From Gnetum montanum (Eukaryota > Plantae > Gnetophyta), in the NCBI GenBank assembly GCA_015680685.1, contig MNCI01001563.1, positions 311,380-375,379 of the forward strand: a DNA stretch of 64,000 nt, written 5' to 3'. A program made the translations under genes and the position numbers. Below, piece by piece: positions 38,890 through 51,204 of this stretch (positions within the stretch are counted from its first letter, which is position 1; each line of letters starts with the position of its first letter). Below the pieces are notes generated by a model that did not search any database, was not told the DNA's origin, and was given only the letters and a program-made list of their open reading frames with translations.

Positions 38890-41800
38890 GGGGATGCATA
38901 GAAGAGAAAATATACCCTTGGTTCTCAAGCTCTTTCTAGAAAAGGATAAGAGGAATAATGTAATTGGGGAAAATGATCAAATTTATCCCACCAAACTATG
39001 AAAGGCATCATTTGGTTGAATCGAGGGATCAAAAACTATATTGAAGACATACTAGAGAAATTAAAAACACATCTAGGCCAAAGATCCTAATGGTTTATTT
39101 GGATAGAAGGACAATAAGAGCTATTTTCATATATATAACAATTATGAATTTCTGGATAGATTTTTCTTATATAGTATTAATTGGGATTTTGAGCATGAAG
39201 TGCTGGGTAAGCCTTGATTTGATACACATAAGAGGAATTAGATACTTAGTCAAGGTGATTAATAAGCCAATCAAAACTTTGCCTGTAATGATTATTTAAA
39301 TATGAGAATACTTCTACTAAAATTTTTTGTCCTTCTAAAGAAGCATGCCCAATGAACTTGGAAGATCATTCTTACCATCCCTATCTTATTAAGAATTCTA
39401 AAACAACTTAAGAAAAATTGTTAAATTCATGAAGTGATTAGCAAGATTATTAAATCTTCCTTTTAAAAATTTTACATCAAAGTAAAAATTAGATCATTGT
39501 AATGACCATCTAAGCATTCTAGAACTAGCTATTTTGTTCATATTTTTACTTTGTAAAAAACTTTTAAAATGTTTTAGATCGAACTGAACGAGAAATTTTT
39601 CAATTTGTAGAAATACTCTAAAACTTTCAATTCCTTTGATGATGGCAAGTATTTCTTTATTAGTGTTATGATATCTTTGTTGAGTATCATTAAAAGATCC
39701 AAAGGCATATCTACAAATTTCTTCTTTTCCATGTTCTTATTTTTTCAAACCAACATCTTAAAAAGTTTCACATGTGTTTGTTTCTAAAATTTTGATCCTC
39801 TTAATTACTTGATTATCTTCTCTTTGATCCTCTTAATTACTTCATTATGGATATTAGTCCATATTGAAGGATTCTTAGTGAGTTACTTATTGAGTAATTT
39901 TCTATCTAAAGCAATGTCAGCATAGAATCCAAAACCATAATTCAAATATGCCAAATATTTGTAATTGTGTTTTATTTTGATGACATCTCAAAATGGATTA
40001 AGATTTTCTAGGATATGTTCTTGCATCTAGATTTTACCTCCTTTAATATGGAGTCCTAAAAAAGTATATTTCTAGAAACTTAATTGTCATTTTAGTTGGA
40101 GAAAGAACTAATCTATTCATTTTAACAATGTGATTGAATTGTTCTGGATCTTTTAGGTGCTCATGAACATTTTTACCAAAAATCAAAATATTGTCAGTAT
40201 AAACTATAACATTAAGAAAAAATCTTACCCATGCACCCTTGAAAGACTAATGGAGCTGTTTTTATCCTAAATGGTAAAACACCATTCAAAAAGTTTTTGA
40301 GGAACTGTAAATGCAGTTTTCCACTTATCTTTTTCAATTATGTTTATTTGTCAGAATCCTAATTTAAGATCAAATTAGAATAGATATGGGATCCTTGCAT
40401 TCTAGTAAATAGATCATCTTTAGAAGGTAAGGGATGTTGATTGGATTCTATATAACCATTTAAAGGTTTATAATTGGAAAGTTGATTAAAATGACAACAA
40501 AAAAATGATGTTTTTTTAGGATAGGTAAAAGGACTTTTATAGGATTTACAATCATAATTGAGATTTTTCTTTTTTTGTTTTACATTAATGAGAGCAAGAT
40601 GAATATTTTCATAGTTTATGATGAGGTTTTGGTCTGGGAGGTTAGAAATTAAAGAATTCTAGATGGACATTGTAACAAAAGTTTTTTTTCCAAATTATTA
40701 ATTATGGTGTTTGATAGCCTCTTGGGCTCTAAGTTCTTGACACATCATAGGATGTGTTTGTTTGATGAATTAGACTATTTTCCTGAATCCTTGAAGCTCA
40801 TTGTTGCTACTTTCTTTCTGACACTATTAAGTTCATGCTTATATTTAGTTGAAAAGAAAGGTGGAAAGAGGTAATGAAGCTTTCTTTGGTTATTTTCTCA
40901 TATAATAACCATCAATTATAGTACCAAAATGACATTTGATCTAAATATGGCTCTAAATAGTACATATTTGTTAAGAGAAAAACTTAAGAATTGCTCGCAA
41001 TAATTATATGCTACATCTAATTTTGTTCCTATGAATTCATATGAAATAGCATTTACAAAATCTTTACCTATACCATTATAAAAAGCTTGGTTTTAGACAC
41101 CAAAATATGATTTCACTAGACATTTAAAGAACCAACTACTAAGAACCTAACATTTTAGATGTCTTTTGCAAGAGTTTTCTTTTGTAGAATTATATGATTA
41201 TCTATTAATCCAGTGATTTTTTTGGATTACTTATAGTTTTTACTCTTGCAAAAGTCTATCAAGGTTAAAGCATTTAGATGTTTCGCTAATCAGTTTCATA
41301 ATAATTATAGGTTCCTAATTTTGATTTTGTTATTTTTGTTGTAGAGTAGATTGTCTTGCATGTGATGTTTAATTTCCTTCCTCTTCTACCCCTTCCGTAC
41401 CAATTCTAGATGTAAGGATTTGTTTTAGAATATACACATGTTTTTGTCTAGAGAATCGGTTTGTGGTTTCTTTCTTTCTAGGTGAGAAGACAGAGGTCCC
41501 ATATATTGGTTAATTAGAATAAGTTTTCTTAGATGATGATCCTACAGTTTGTTTATAAAATTATTTAGGTAGTAACCAAACCTTTGTAGAGATTATTTCT
41601 ACAACAAAAAGCTATAGGCAAGATGTTAGATAGACCTTTTGGTGGTATTGCTCATTTAATTAAAAGGTTTAGATATCATTTCCTTAAGGTGCACAAAGTT
41701 GATGATAATGAATAATATTTGTTGGTTTAAGCTCAAGGCATTTTAGAGGTTCTTTATAGTGCTTTTTATTATTTTTCTCTAAGGGATTCTTCTATTTACA
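38890..41800 (-). mobile_element. Endogenous caulimovirid (pararetrovirus) fragment: putative coat region, RT, RNase H, downstream ORF
   Basis: RT: NYKPLN..HPLPSKDDLF..IYS/FDLKLGF*QI..KWKTAFTVPQKLFEW/VLPFRIKTAPLVFQ..VIVYTDNILIF..LVLSPTKM..EIYFLG..GGKI*MQEHI. RNase H: EEICRYAFGSFNDTQQRYH..KEILAIIKGI..SRMLRWSL..FDVKFLKG..NNLA. No integrase downstream. Confidence 0.88.
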
Positions 41801-41825
41801 ATTTTTCTAATCTTTCACGATAGCA

Positions 41826-43827
41826 TTGTTTTTAATACTTGGGTCAAGATATTATAGAATTCTCCAGGCTTTGCAAAGTCATATTGGACAAAGTCAAATT
41901 CAAAGGCTTATTTGGAATTCTCAATTAAAGTTCAATGAAAAGCTCTATTTAGTTCACACAATATCATCTATTAATCATATTACAGATCAGAGGGGCATTC
42001 ATTACTTAAAGCAGGGCCATTTCTTTGATTTTTAAATCTTGAATAGTATCAACAAATTTCCTTCCTCCTCTCATTCTACCTTTATTGGGCACCACGCTAA
42101 CTCTTGTATTGATCTTCTCTTATCTACTCATGGTAATATAGATGTAGTGAAAAACTTTCAATTGGGAGAAAAACTCTCAGAATCACATCATCATGACTTG
42201 AAATTTACTATTCTTACTTTAATTCCTCATATTCATTACAAGAAATGCAGAACTTGTCATCTCATAGAATATTGTTGTTAGGATTTTCAAATAGGAGTGG
42301 CTAATATATTGGTCAATAATGACATTGAGCTTGATTTAACTAATGTTCTTTTGTCTACAATTTCTCATGTGTAGATTAAGAAGAGGATTGCTTGTAAAAA
42401 ACCTTAGTTTGATATTAACTATTTAACATCTCATAAAGATGTTATAGCTTCACATTTTGATGTTTTAATGCTGAAGAATTATAGAAATCTTATTCTTTAA
42501 AAAAAAGGAAGTTCATTAAAGAAGAGTAGGAAAGAATGATTAATGAGCTCCAATCAAATCCAAAAAGCTTTTGGTATTTATCTCAAGATAGACAAAAACA
42601 TGTTTAAGACTTTTTCTTATTTACTATTTAGACTTTCTTCAATGACCTTTTTGATCAAGAGGCTCTCCCTACTATGCAAGAAAACTCTAGTGTTCTAAAG
42701 TAATCCCTTGATGATGTTTTTGTAGGAATTCAAAGATTATCTTCTAGAAAAGATGTTAATGTTAATGGATTATATACAGAGCTTCTTAAACATGGTGGTC
42801 CATTGGTATAGAAAGGAGCTTGCAGTCTTCTTTATAAAGGGCTTCAACATGATGTAGATCATTATTAGTATTCTAGTTGAGCAATCTTACTTTTTAAAAA
42901 GGAAGATAGGATAGATTTTAATAATTACTAATTAATTGCAATCAATTTAATTTTCACTTAGCTTTTGGATACTATTTTGAAGAATAAAATTAGTTCATGG
43001 GCAAAAATACAAGGTGTTTATGCTCAGTCACAAGCAGGATTCACAAGCAGGATTCACAAGCAGGATTCACAAGTGATCATTCTACTATAGAACATGTAAT
43101 ATATTTGCATTATTGTGTGGGGAAAGAAAAAAGGTCCAACCATAAAAATTTTACGTATTTTGTTAAATTTTTCAAGGCTTATGATTACGTTGCTTGAGAT
43201 AAAATTTGGAAGAGATTGGATAGCATTAGCATTCTACAAGATCTCCTTTTTGCTACTAAAAGAATTTATGAGATAGTTAACATTCTTATTGAAGATAATC
43301 TTACTGGAGAAGGAACAATTATTAATAGCTCAATTGGATTTAAACAAGGTTTTCCTTTGTCCTCTAATATTTTTGGTATATTTATAGATGAATTAAAGGA
43401 ATGAATGAAAAATGGCTCTAATCATGCTATGTCAGTTAATAGATTATTTTTGAACATGCTTCTGTTTGCAAATGATGTGGCTTTGATTGTAAAATCATCT
43501 ACAAGATTAAATTATATACTTTAAATTCTTCATGACTACTACAACCCTTCTCATATGAAAGTTAATATTAAAAAGACTAAAATTCTAATTTATGGTACTA
43601 GAAATAGAAATTACAATTTTTTCTTCAAGACTTGATATATGTGAAATTTATGAAAATTTGAAAGTTGAATTTGCTAGTAATTATAGTTGGAATACTCTTA
43701 TTGCTCAAAGGGTTTCAAGTGGCATAAAAGCTCTATTTACTCTAAGAAATAATTGCAATGGGAAATAATTTTTGGCATGGGAGATTAGCAGGAAACTTTT
43801 TCGCAACCTGTATTATTATATGGGTGT
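41826..43827 (+). mobile_element. LINE ORF2 5' part (endonuclease end and RT), decayed
   Basis: TFIG..SCIDL, SESHH, QAGF..DHST, FKAYD, GFKQGFPLS, LLFANDVAL, QPVLLYGC. Confidence 0.85.
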
Positions 43828-46800
43828 TGATGAGTCATGTTTTGATCTGCTCTGATATCAAAGCCTTGATATCAAATACTAGATATCGGAGCCTAAGAAG
43901 TAATGTCAAATATCCAATATTGTCTCCTCTATGCTAGCCTATAAATACAACACTTGGATGCATAATTTGGGGAGTTTTTAGTTGTTAGTTTTTTATAGTC
44001 TTTCTTAGATTTCTGAATTCAAGTTTTGTTATTCCTAGTGCATGTCCACAGTGTGATTTTTGTGATTGTATGACATTCCTATTCAAGTGTGACATACTTG
44101 GACATGTCACATGACCAGAAATAAAGATCGAGATTACCTTCATCATTGCAGCATTCACTTAGATTATTGTTGCTTTAATTATTTAATTATTTTCTCTTTT
44201 ACTTAGTTAATATTTCCATTTATTGCTCCTTATGATTCCTATCATTAAGTGGAATAAGTACAAATTAATCACAAGCACTTAAGTGTAACTACTTGGTAAC
44301 CTAGTAGTGTATGGTTTGGCAAGCCTAGTGATGTATGCTTGGCAATTCTAGTGATGGTTATACGAGTCCAAGGCATGCGTGGACGATTAGGAATGGATAC
44401 TCACCATGCATAGGCTAGTTTAGGTTTTACTTTCCATTGTAAAAGGTATGACATCAAGGGGATTTTTGGATTCTCTTTGGCCACTTATGTATGCTCTATC
44501 ATGTTGCTTCAGTTGTAATTATATCCTTGTAGATCTAACAAAAAATGCCAGTAAGAGTCACATAAAAAGACATTGAATAAGTTTCTAAGGGTCCCACTGG
44601 AAAGAAATGTACCATGCTTGAAGGTTGGTGGCTTCTTAGAACATAGAAAAAAAAAGAGTAGAGAAGAAGGAGGTGTCATAAATAAACTCCTTCCTTGGAC
44701 AAAACGCTAAGTGATGAAACAATGTGATGTCCCTAAAATGTGGTTCAAACCTAGTTTGAATCTTGGAAAGAAGGGCTAATGATTACTTTACCATTAATAA
44801 CATATAAGGATTCATTATTCCTTGGGTGAGACACCTCATGTCCCAATTTATGCAATCCTTTCTATAGTCCATCTCATCTCATTATCCGTATGATTCTAAG
44901 TTATGGTTTTGTGTAGCGTATAGTTATTATCTCAAACTAGTGATTTTCACATGTGTGTTTTGTTTCATAGGGATGCATTGCATTCAACCCCTTCAGTGCC
45001 TACAAACATTTTTAGGTGTGGTTATACAAGGGCATCATCGACTGGAGCTTGCCTTGAGGAGAACCCACTTGTGTAACTTTTGTGACTTGTACTTATTTGA
45101 CACAACCACATCATTCTTCACCTTCCAAGCACTTAATTATTAAATTTCATCATTTTTCTTATCATGTAATTGATCTATTCTACAACATTGATTTAATGCC
45201 CTTTTTCTTGTATCTTCCAAAGCTTTAAACATTGATGACTCCATCTTCTACCATTTCTAGTGCCTCAATTTGATTTCCTGCTTACCCTAGAACTATGAAC
45301 CTAATCTCAAACCTTCCAACCAATCATAGAGCTTCATTTTCCATGCTTAGTACCCTCAATTAATGCACTTTCATGGACCCCAATATCACATACTTGATAT
45401 TATGTCAGCCTTGATGTTAGATACCCAATATTAGGTTGCACAAAACCTATATATATGATCCTTGCGGTGTCCAAACTTCATTCTGATCATTTGTAGCTAG
45501 GGGAGTTTTTCAAATATTCTCTTGCAACTGAAATTTCTACACAACAAACTAATACTTATAATATTTGACTCTCTACTACTTTGATTCTCGTATCATTTGA
45601 ACCTATTTGACCTTGGAGTGTTCAAGTTAGTCATTTGGGGTGGGGGGTTTGGGGTGCTACGTGGGAAACTTATGCCAATTTTTCACAATTCGCTATCGCT
45701 CAAAAGGTATTATAAGGGTAAGCATGTTAAAAATCATAAGTGTTATAATAAAACATTAACCATGATAAAGCTAGAAACCTTAATTTTTCCACCCAAGGAA
45801 CCATAATCATCATAATACGCCACACATAAGGCAAAAACGAAAGGTCCTAAAACTTTTTCTAAAACTTTTTCTAACTTTGAAATCATACAAGCTAAAGAAC
45901 ATAATGAAACTAAGGCCATGATTATGGTATAAACCTATTAACGATACATAATACCACCTTAGTAACATCTGATCTTTGATTGATTGTAGATGGCCCCAAA
46001 AAGAGGAACATAAGAAGGACCTTCGTAGGAAGCAGCCAAACACCCAAGGGGTGGTAGGGGCCAACAAGGTGAGCATGTAGAGCATGAAGAACAGGAAGCC
46101 CAATCATTTAGTATCCATCAAGAGGCTTCTTTCATAGGATAGTCAATCCAAGGAGAGGCTATAGTACCACTAGCCCCTATGCAAGGACAACACCTCACAT
46201 TGTCCCCAGAATGCCTTGATGCCATTTAAGAAAACTCCATGTTGACCATAGTCATCGTGGAGATGAACTTTAGCTCGTTCATGGCATTCACTCCTAAATT
46301 CATTTGAACACAGCTCCAGGCATTGTGCTTGTGGCCAATTCTTTCAGATAACAGTGAATGGTACCTAGGTGAAACCTACTAATTCTATCACAAAAAAGAT
46401 GAAGGTGCCACTGTCAACATTTGTGGAGTCAATGTTTTTTTCTTAGTCAAAGAAATTATAGAAGATCTTAATTTGTCAAATAAGGGGACTAAGTTTGCCC
46501 ATCTATCTACAAGGTTTGACTTTGACACTTGGAAGTTGTGGTTGAGGTGGGCATATGGCAAGGATTACAAAACATACAATGAATTAACTCTAAAAGAGAG
46601 GACCTATTTCAAGATAGGGACATATCACCTCTTCCCCACCAAGGGGCTTAATAGGATCTCGACATATGTGGCTAGGGAAAGTGCCATAGTAATGGGTAAA
46701 TACATGGCCAATCTTTCCTAGTTATACTACATAGAAATTTAGAGGCAGTTTGAATAAAAGAAGGTAGGGAAGCCAACACTTCCATTCCCTTGCCTCATTT

Positions 46801-49750
46801 GGAAGCTGTGTAAGTGCACTGGAATCCTAGGGTACACAAATGACATCCCTAGGATGGCTCAAAATGCTTCCTTTGCTGAATTACTTAAACCAACGACACC
46901 AAGGAAAGACCTTGGTGAAGAAGCAGAACCAGAGAAGGAAGCAAGACCTGAGAAAGAAGTTGAAAAAAATTCTAAACAATGTCATGAGCCACAAGTTCCA
47001 CCTCCACCACCACAAGATTATAGGCCAATAATAAGCCATTTACCAAAAATTACTAAAATGCTTAACTTGGGGAGTAGAGAGGAATTAAGCCTATTTAGAG
47101 TCCTAGACAAGGTGTAGCCCATCATTTTGGCCAATTTGATAAGAGGAGAGGTGTCACTTCAATTAGGAGGAGAATCCTAATGGTCTAGAAAAATTTCTAG
47201 TAATGTCACATCCTTCCAAGGTATGCTTAAAATAGCAGAAGGTACCACAATAGTGGTAATGCAATATTAGGATGCAGCTAGTGTAGCAGAAGTAATAACA
47301 GTTCATATCAAGGAATCATTTGATGTGCTTATTGTTCCCCCAATAGATCTGACTGGGACTAGAGATGCACAAATGTTTGCTAGGACTTCAATAACTCTTA
47401 TGACACATGAGGATGTGTTAGATTAATTACTATAGACAGGGTAAGTGATGAGCACCTTGTTTGACATTCCCAGTGATGTCACTGTAGCATAGTTAGACCT
47501 CATAGCTACTAAAGGAAAGCTGGTCATGGTTGAGGTCAGGGTGGAACATGCAAAAGTGAAAGTGCAATGTTTGCAGCAAGAGCTGGGTACCCTGAGAGTT
47601 GAAAGACGAGATCTTGCTCAATTTATTGCACCCAACCAACTGGACTCATTCAAAACAAAGCAGCTTAACAAATTTATTGAGGAAAATAAAGCTATTGAGC
47701 AAGAAAAGGAGAAGGAAATTTGGAATGCTTTAGCTACTAATGCACAATCCCACACATACAAGAAGGCATTGACAGCCACACAGGAAAAGAATAAACAACT
47801 CACTTTAGAAAACTCTCAGCTGACGACCATCGAAAAATAAAATAATGTTCTAGAAGAAAGTGTCCATCAGTTATGAGAACAATTGATGAGGGTCAAACAG
47901 GATATTAGAAAACTAGCCAGAGAAAACATAAGCCTCTCAATGAAAGAGGTTTTCACCATTTGACAAAAGTTTGTAATTGAAATAAGCATGTAGCAAAATG
48001 AGGCGAAGAAACATGAGAAGCTGGAAAAAAAATTGTAGAACCAAGTAGGCACGTACAAGTAGATAAAATAAATAAATTTAGATGGATAAATCCCATATTA
48101 GGACCATGTCAACATAGAATCCTGATTAGTAGCTAATTTTGGATAGTTATGCATTAGTCCATTAGGTGAAAGTGAAGAACAGAGACCTACAAATCAAAGA
48201 TTTGAAAGAATACATGGAATTGGGTAACCTTAGATATGTGAACCTCACCATGTTAATATCAATTTAGCTTAGAAGTGAGCTTGAGAAATAGGTAGCAATC
48301 ACTTATGCATTATACAAGAAAGAGTTTGTAGATAGAAAAGTTGCTCTACAAAAACTTCACATTGCAAACTCAAAACTTCAAGTGGTTAAAACCCGCTACT
48401 ATGGATAGAAGGATGTCACTTTAGACTTAGCTAAAAGACTCACAAATTATCATGAGTTCCAAGAAAAGGCCAGGGCATTTGAAGAGGAGCGATGGTAGTT
48501 TGTGACCTAGTATGTGAAGGTTAACGAAATGTTTTTGCAATTGCCATGTCCTTGGGATGTACTAGTGCCAGCACACATTAGTTCAACAACTTGGATAGTA
48601 CATAATCCAAGGACAAAAGAAGAAAATTTGTAGGTACTCCTTAACTATTATAAATTTTAGAATCCTAGTTACAAAAGGAAGCAACTGATGGAGGAGCCAC
48701 TACCTCTGAGAACTACATGAGCTTCCCTAATTTTGTGTCTTGTAATATTATGTCCAAAGTTTTGTAAAACACCACTGCGGGATGTAAGAGTCTATTTATT
48801 TGTTTGATTATTTGTGATAGTCAATAATTCCATACCTTTCCAATATTTTGTAATAAACTTGTTCTACATTTTGTTTAACTCAAGGACAAGTTTTCATTCA
48901 GTCATGAGGGTATGGTAAGTCATGTTTTGGTTTGCTTCGATATCAGATATCCAATATCGAAGCCTTAATATTGAATACTTGATATAGTCTCCTTCGTGCC
49001 AGCCTATAAATACAACACTTGGGTGCATAGTTGGGGGGAATTTTTAGTTATTAATTTTTAATAGTCTTTCTTAGATTTTTGAATTCAAGTTCTGTTATTT
49101 CTAGTGCATGCCCACAGTGTGATGTTTGTGATTGTATGACATTTTTATTCAAGTGTGATGTACTTAGACACATTACATGACCAGAAATAAAGATCGATAT
49201 TACCTCCATCATTGCAGCATTTACTTAAATTATTATTGCTTTAATTATTTAATTATTTACTATTTTACTTAGTTAATATTTCCATTTATTGCTCTATACG
49301 ATTCTTGTCATTAAGCGGAATGAGTATGACCTAATCATGAGTGCTTAAGTGTAACTACTTGGTAATGTAGCAATGTACTATTTGGCAAGCCCAATGATGT
49401 ATGCTTGGCAATTCTAGTAGTGGTTATACAAAGTCGAAGACATGTGTGGATGATTAGGAATGGATACTCATCATGCATAGGCTAGTTTAGGTTTTATTTC
49501 CCATTGTTCATTAGCTTAATTAATTTATCTCTTTATTGTTATTAGGAGCATCATAGGATTAACATGCCTCACTTTGGACTAAACCATACATGACAAAGCT
49601 ACCACTAGTCTAAGTGGGAAGACAATGGACTACGATCAAGGCATAACAATTTAGATGCATAACTAGTCTCATCCATGGAATTCGATCAGATCGTGCATGA
49701 ATACTTGTGATTCGTATGGTTGGGTGTAGGGGGTACCTCACCAGTCATCA
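43828..49750 (+). mobile_element. Athila-like deletion derivative nested in the LINE
   Basis: Perfect TSD GGTGT (43823-43827 / 49751-49755); 5' LTR 43828-~44440 (truncated); PPT; full 3' LTR 48913-49750; no PBS or gag-pol. Confidence 0.92.
45990..48720 (+). pseudogene. Extra env-position ORF: Athila env-like (putative plant transposon protein) domain plus long coiled coil
   Basis: TLPFPCLIWKLCKCTGI motif near 46780-46830, a proline-rich linker, and heptad-rich ORFs from 47526. Confidence 0.7.
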
Positions 49751-49755
49751 GGTGT

Positions 49756-50490
49756 GTTGCATGAGGACCTTCTCTTTCTACACATAATTAAAAAAAAATT
49801 ATAGTATGTTCAAAAATAGTTTATTGTATGTAAATTTCATGTGAAAATGCAAAATTCTTATGATATCTTACTTTTAGAAGCAGATTTGCTTCCTCTTGAA
49901 GTTGAAGCCAATTGTTAATTTATTACTTATACTCAAAAGGTAAGTCATACGGAGGAAGTCAATTATGCTATGAAGAAAATGAATGCTACACAGAAAAAAT
50001 AAAAAATAAAAATCGATGGTTGCATCAGGGAAAATTATGGCTTCATTCATAGAATATTGTAATAGAGGATTTTCCTTTAAAGAAAAGGTCCTTCTAGAAG
50101 GCTATAAAAGAAAAAGCCTTGGATAAAGTTTAGTTGAACATGTCAAGGAAAAAGTATTTTTATCTACACTTTGTTAGAGAAGGTTTATTATCTAGTACTC
50201 AAAAATATTTATTCTCAACCATTCCTATTCATTTAAGAAATAAAATTTCTATAGCAAGCATGAATTCTCATCATCTCCTTATTAAGACAAGACATTAGAT
50301 TAATTTACCAAGAGAAGAACATATTTTAAGACTATGCAAACAAAGCATAGAAGATGAAGAACATATATTTTTATTTTGTCCATCTTTGGCTCACATTTGA
50401 ATGAATTATGTTGTTAATTGTAATTTATTGATTAGTTTCTTTCAAATTGACTCAAAGAATTATATCAATGATTTTTTCAAATTTCTTTAA
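49756..50490 (+). mobile_element. LINE ORF2 3' part (continuation of 41826-43827)
   Basis: Removing the LTR element and one TSD restores QPVLLYGCVA*GP; C-terminal CKQSIEDEEHIFFICP zinc-knuckle-like motif. Confidence 0.85.
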
Positions 50491-50584
50491 AAATATGTTC
50501 AAGCTTTGTAACTATCCAAAAAATCCTTTATGATTTCTTAGATATAATAAAATTTTTTAGTTTTCAATTTCCACTATACTACAT

Positions 50585-51200
50585 TCTTGGATGTAAAAAG
50601 ATTTAATTGTTAAACCCACTTTTTAGCTACAAAATCCATAACTAGTGTAAAAGAGATTACTCAATTGTTCTTATTAGAGATTGTTCTATTACATGATGTT
50701 TCGAATAAGATTATATCAAACAAATGTCCTAAGTTTACATATAGGTTTTAACAATCTTTTCAGAAGAGTATAGGTTCTATGCTAAATCTTATCTCAAGAT
50801 ATCATCCTTAGATTGATGATCAGCAAAGAAAAAAAATCATATGTTAGAGAATATACTTTGAGCTTATGCTTTAGACTAGAAAGATAGTTGGAATTAATTT
50901 CTTCTCCTAGAAGAGTTTGTTTGGAATAATAGTTATTAAGTTGCTTGAAAGTAGCATCTTATAAAGTATTATTTGGTAGGCCTTGTTAGAGGTAGAAAAC
51001 TATGATAAATATTATTAATAAATCTACTAAACATATTAAGATTGTTAGAGGTAGATTACAAGTAGGGTAAGATAGATACATGAAATATGCTAATAATAAG
51101 AGGTAATCATTAGACTTCATCATTGGTGATCATGTTTTTCTTAAGGTTTGATCTTTAAAAAGGATTATGTGATTTATAGAAGAGGAAAGTTAGCTCCTCA
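50585..51200 (+). mobile_element. Ty3/gypsy (Tekay-like) integrase fragment
   Basis: EIVLLHDV..IIS..PKFT, YHP*IDDQ, IGDHVFLKV, RGKLAP. Confidence 0.7.
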
Positions 51201-51204
51201 CTAA

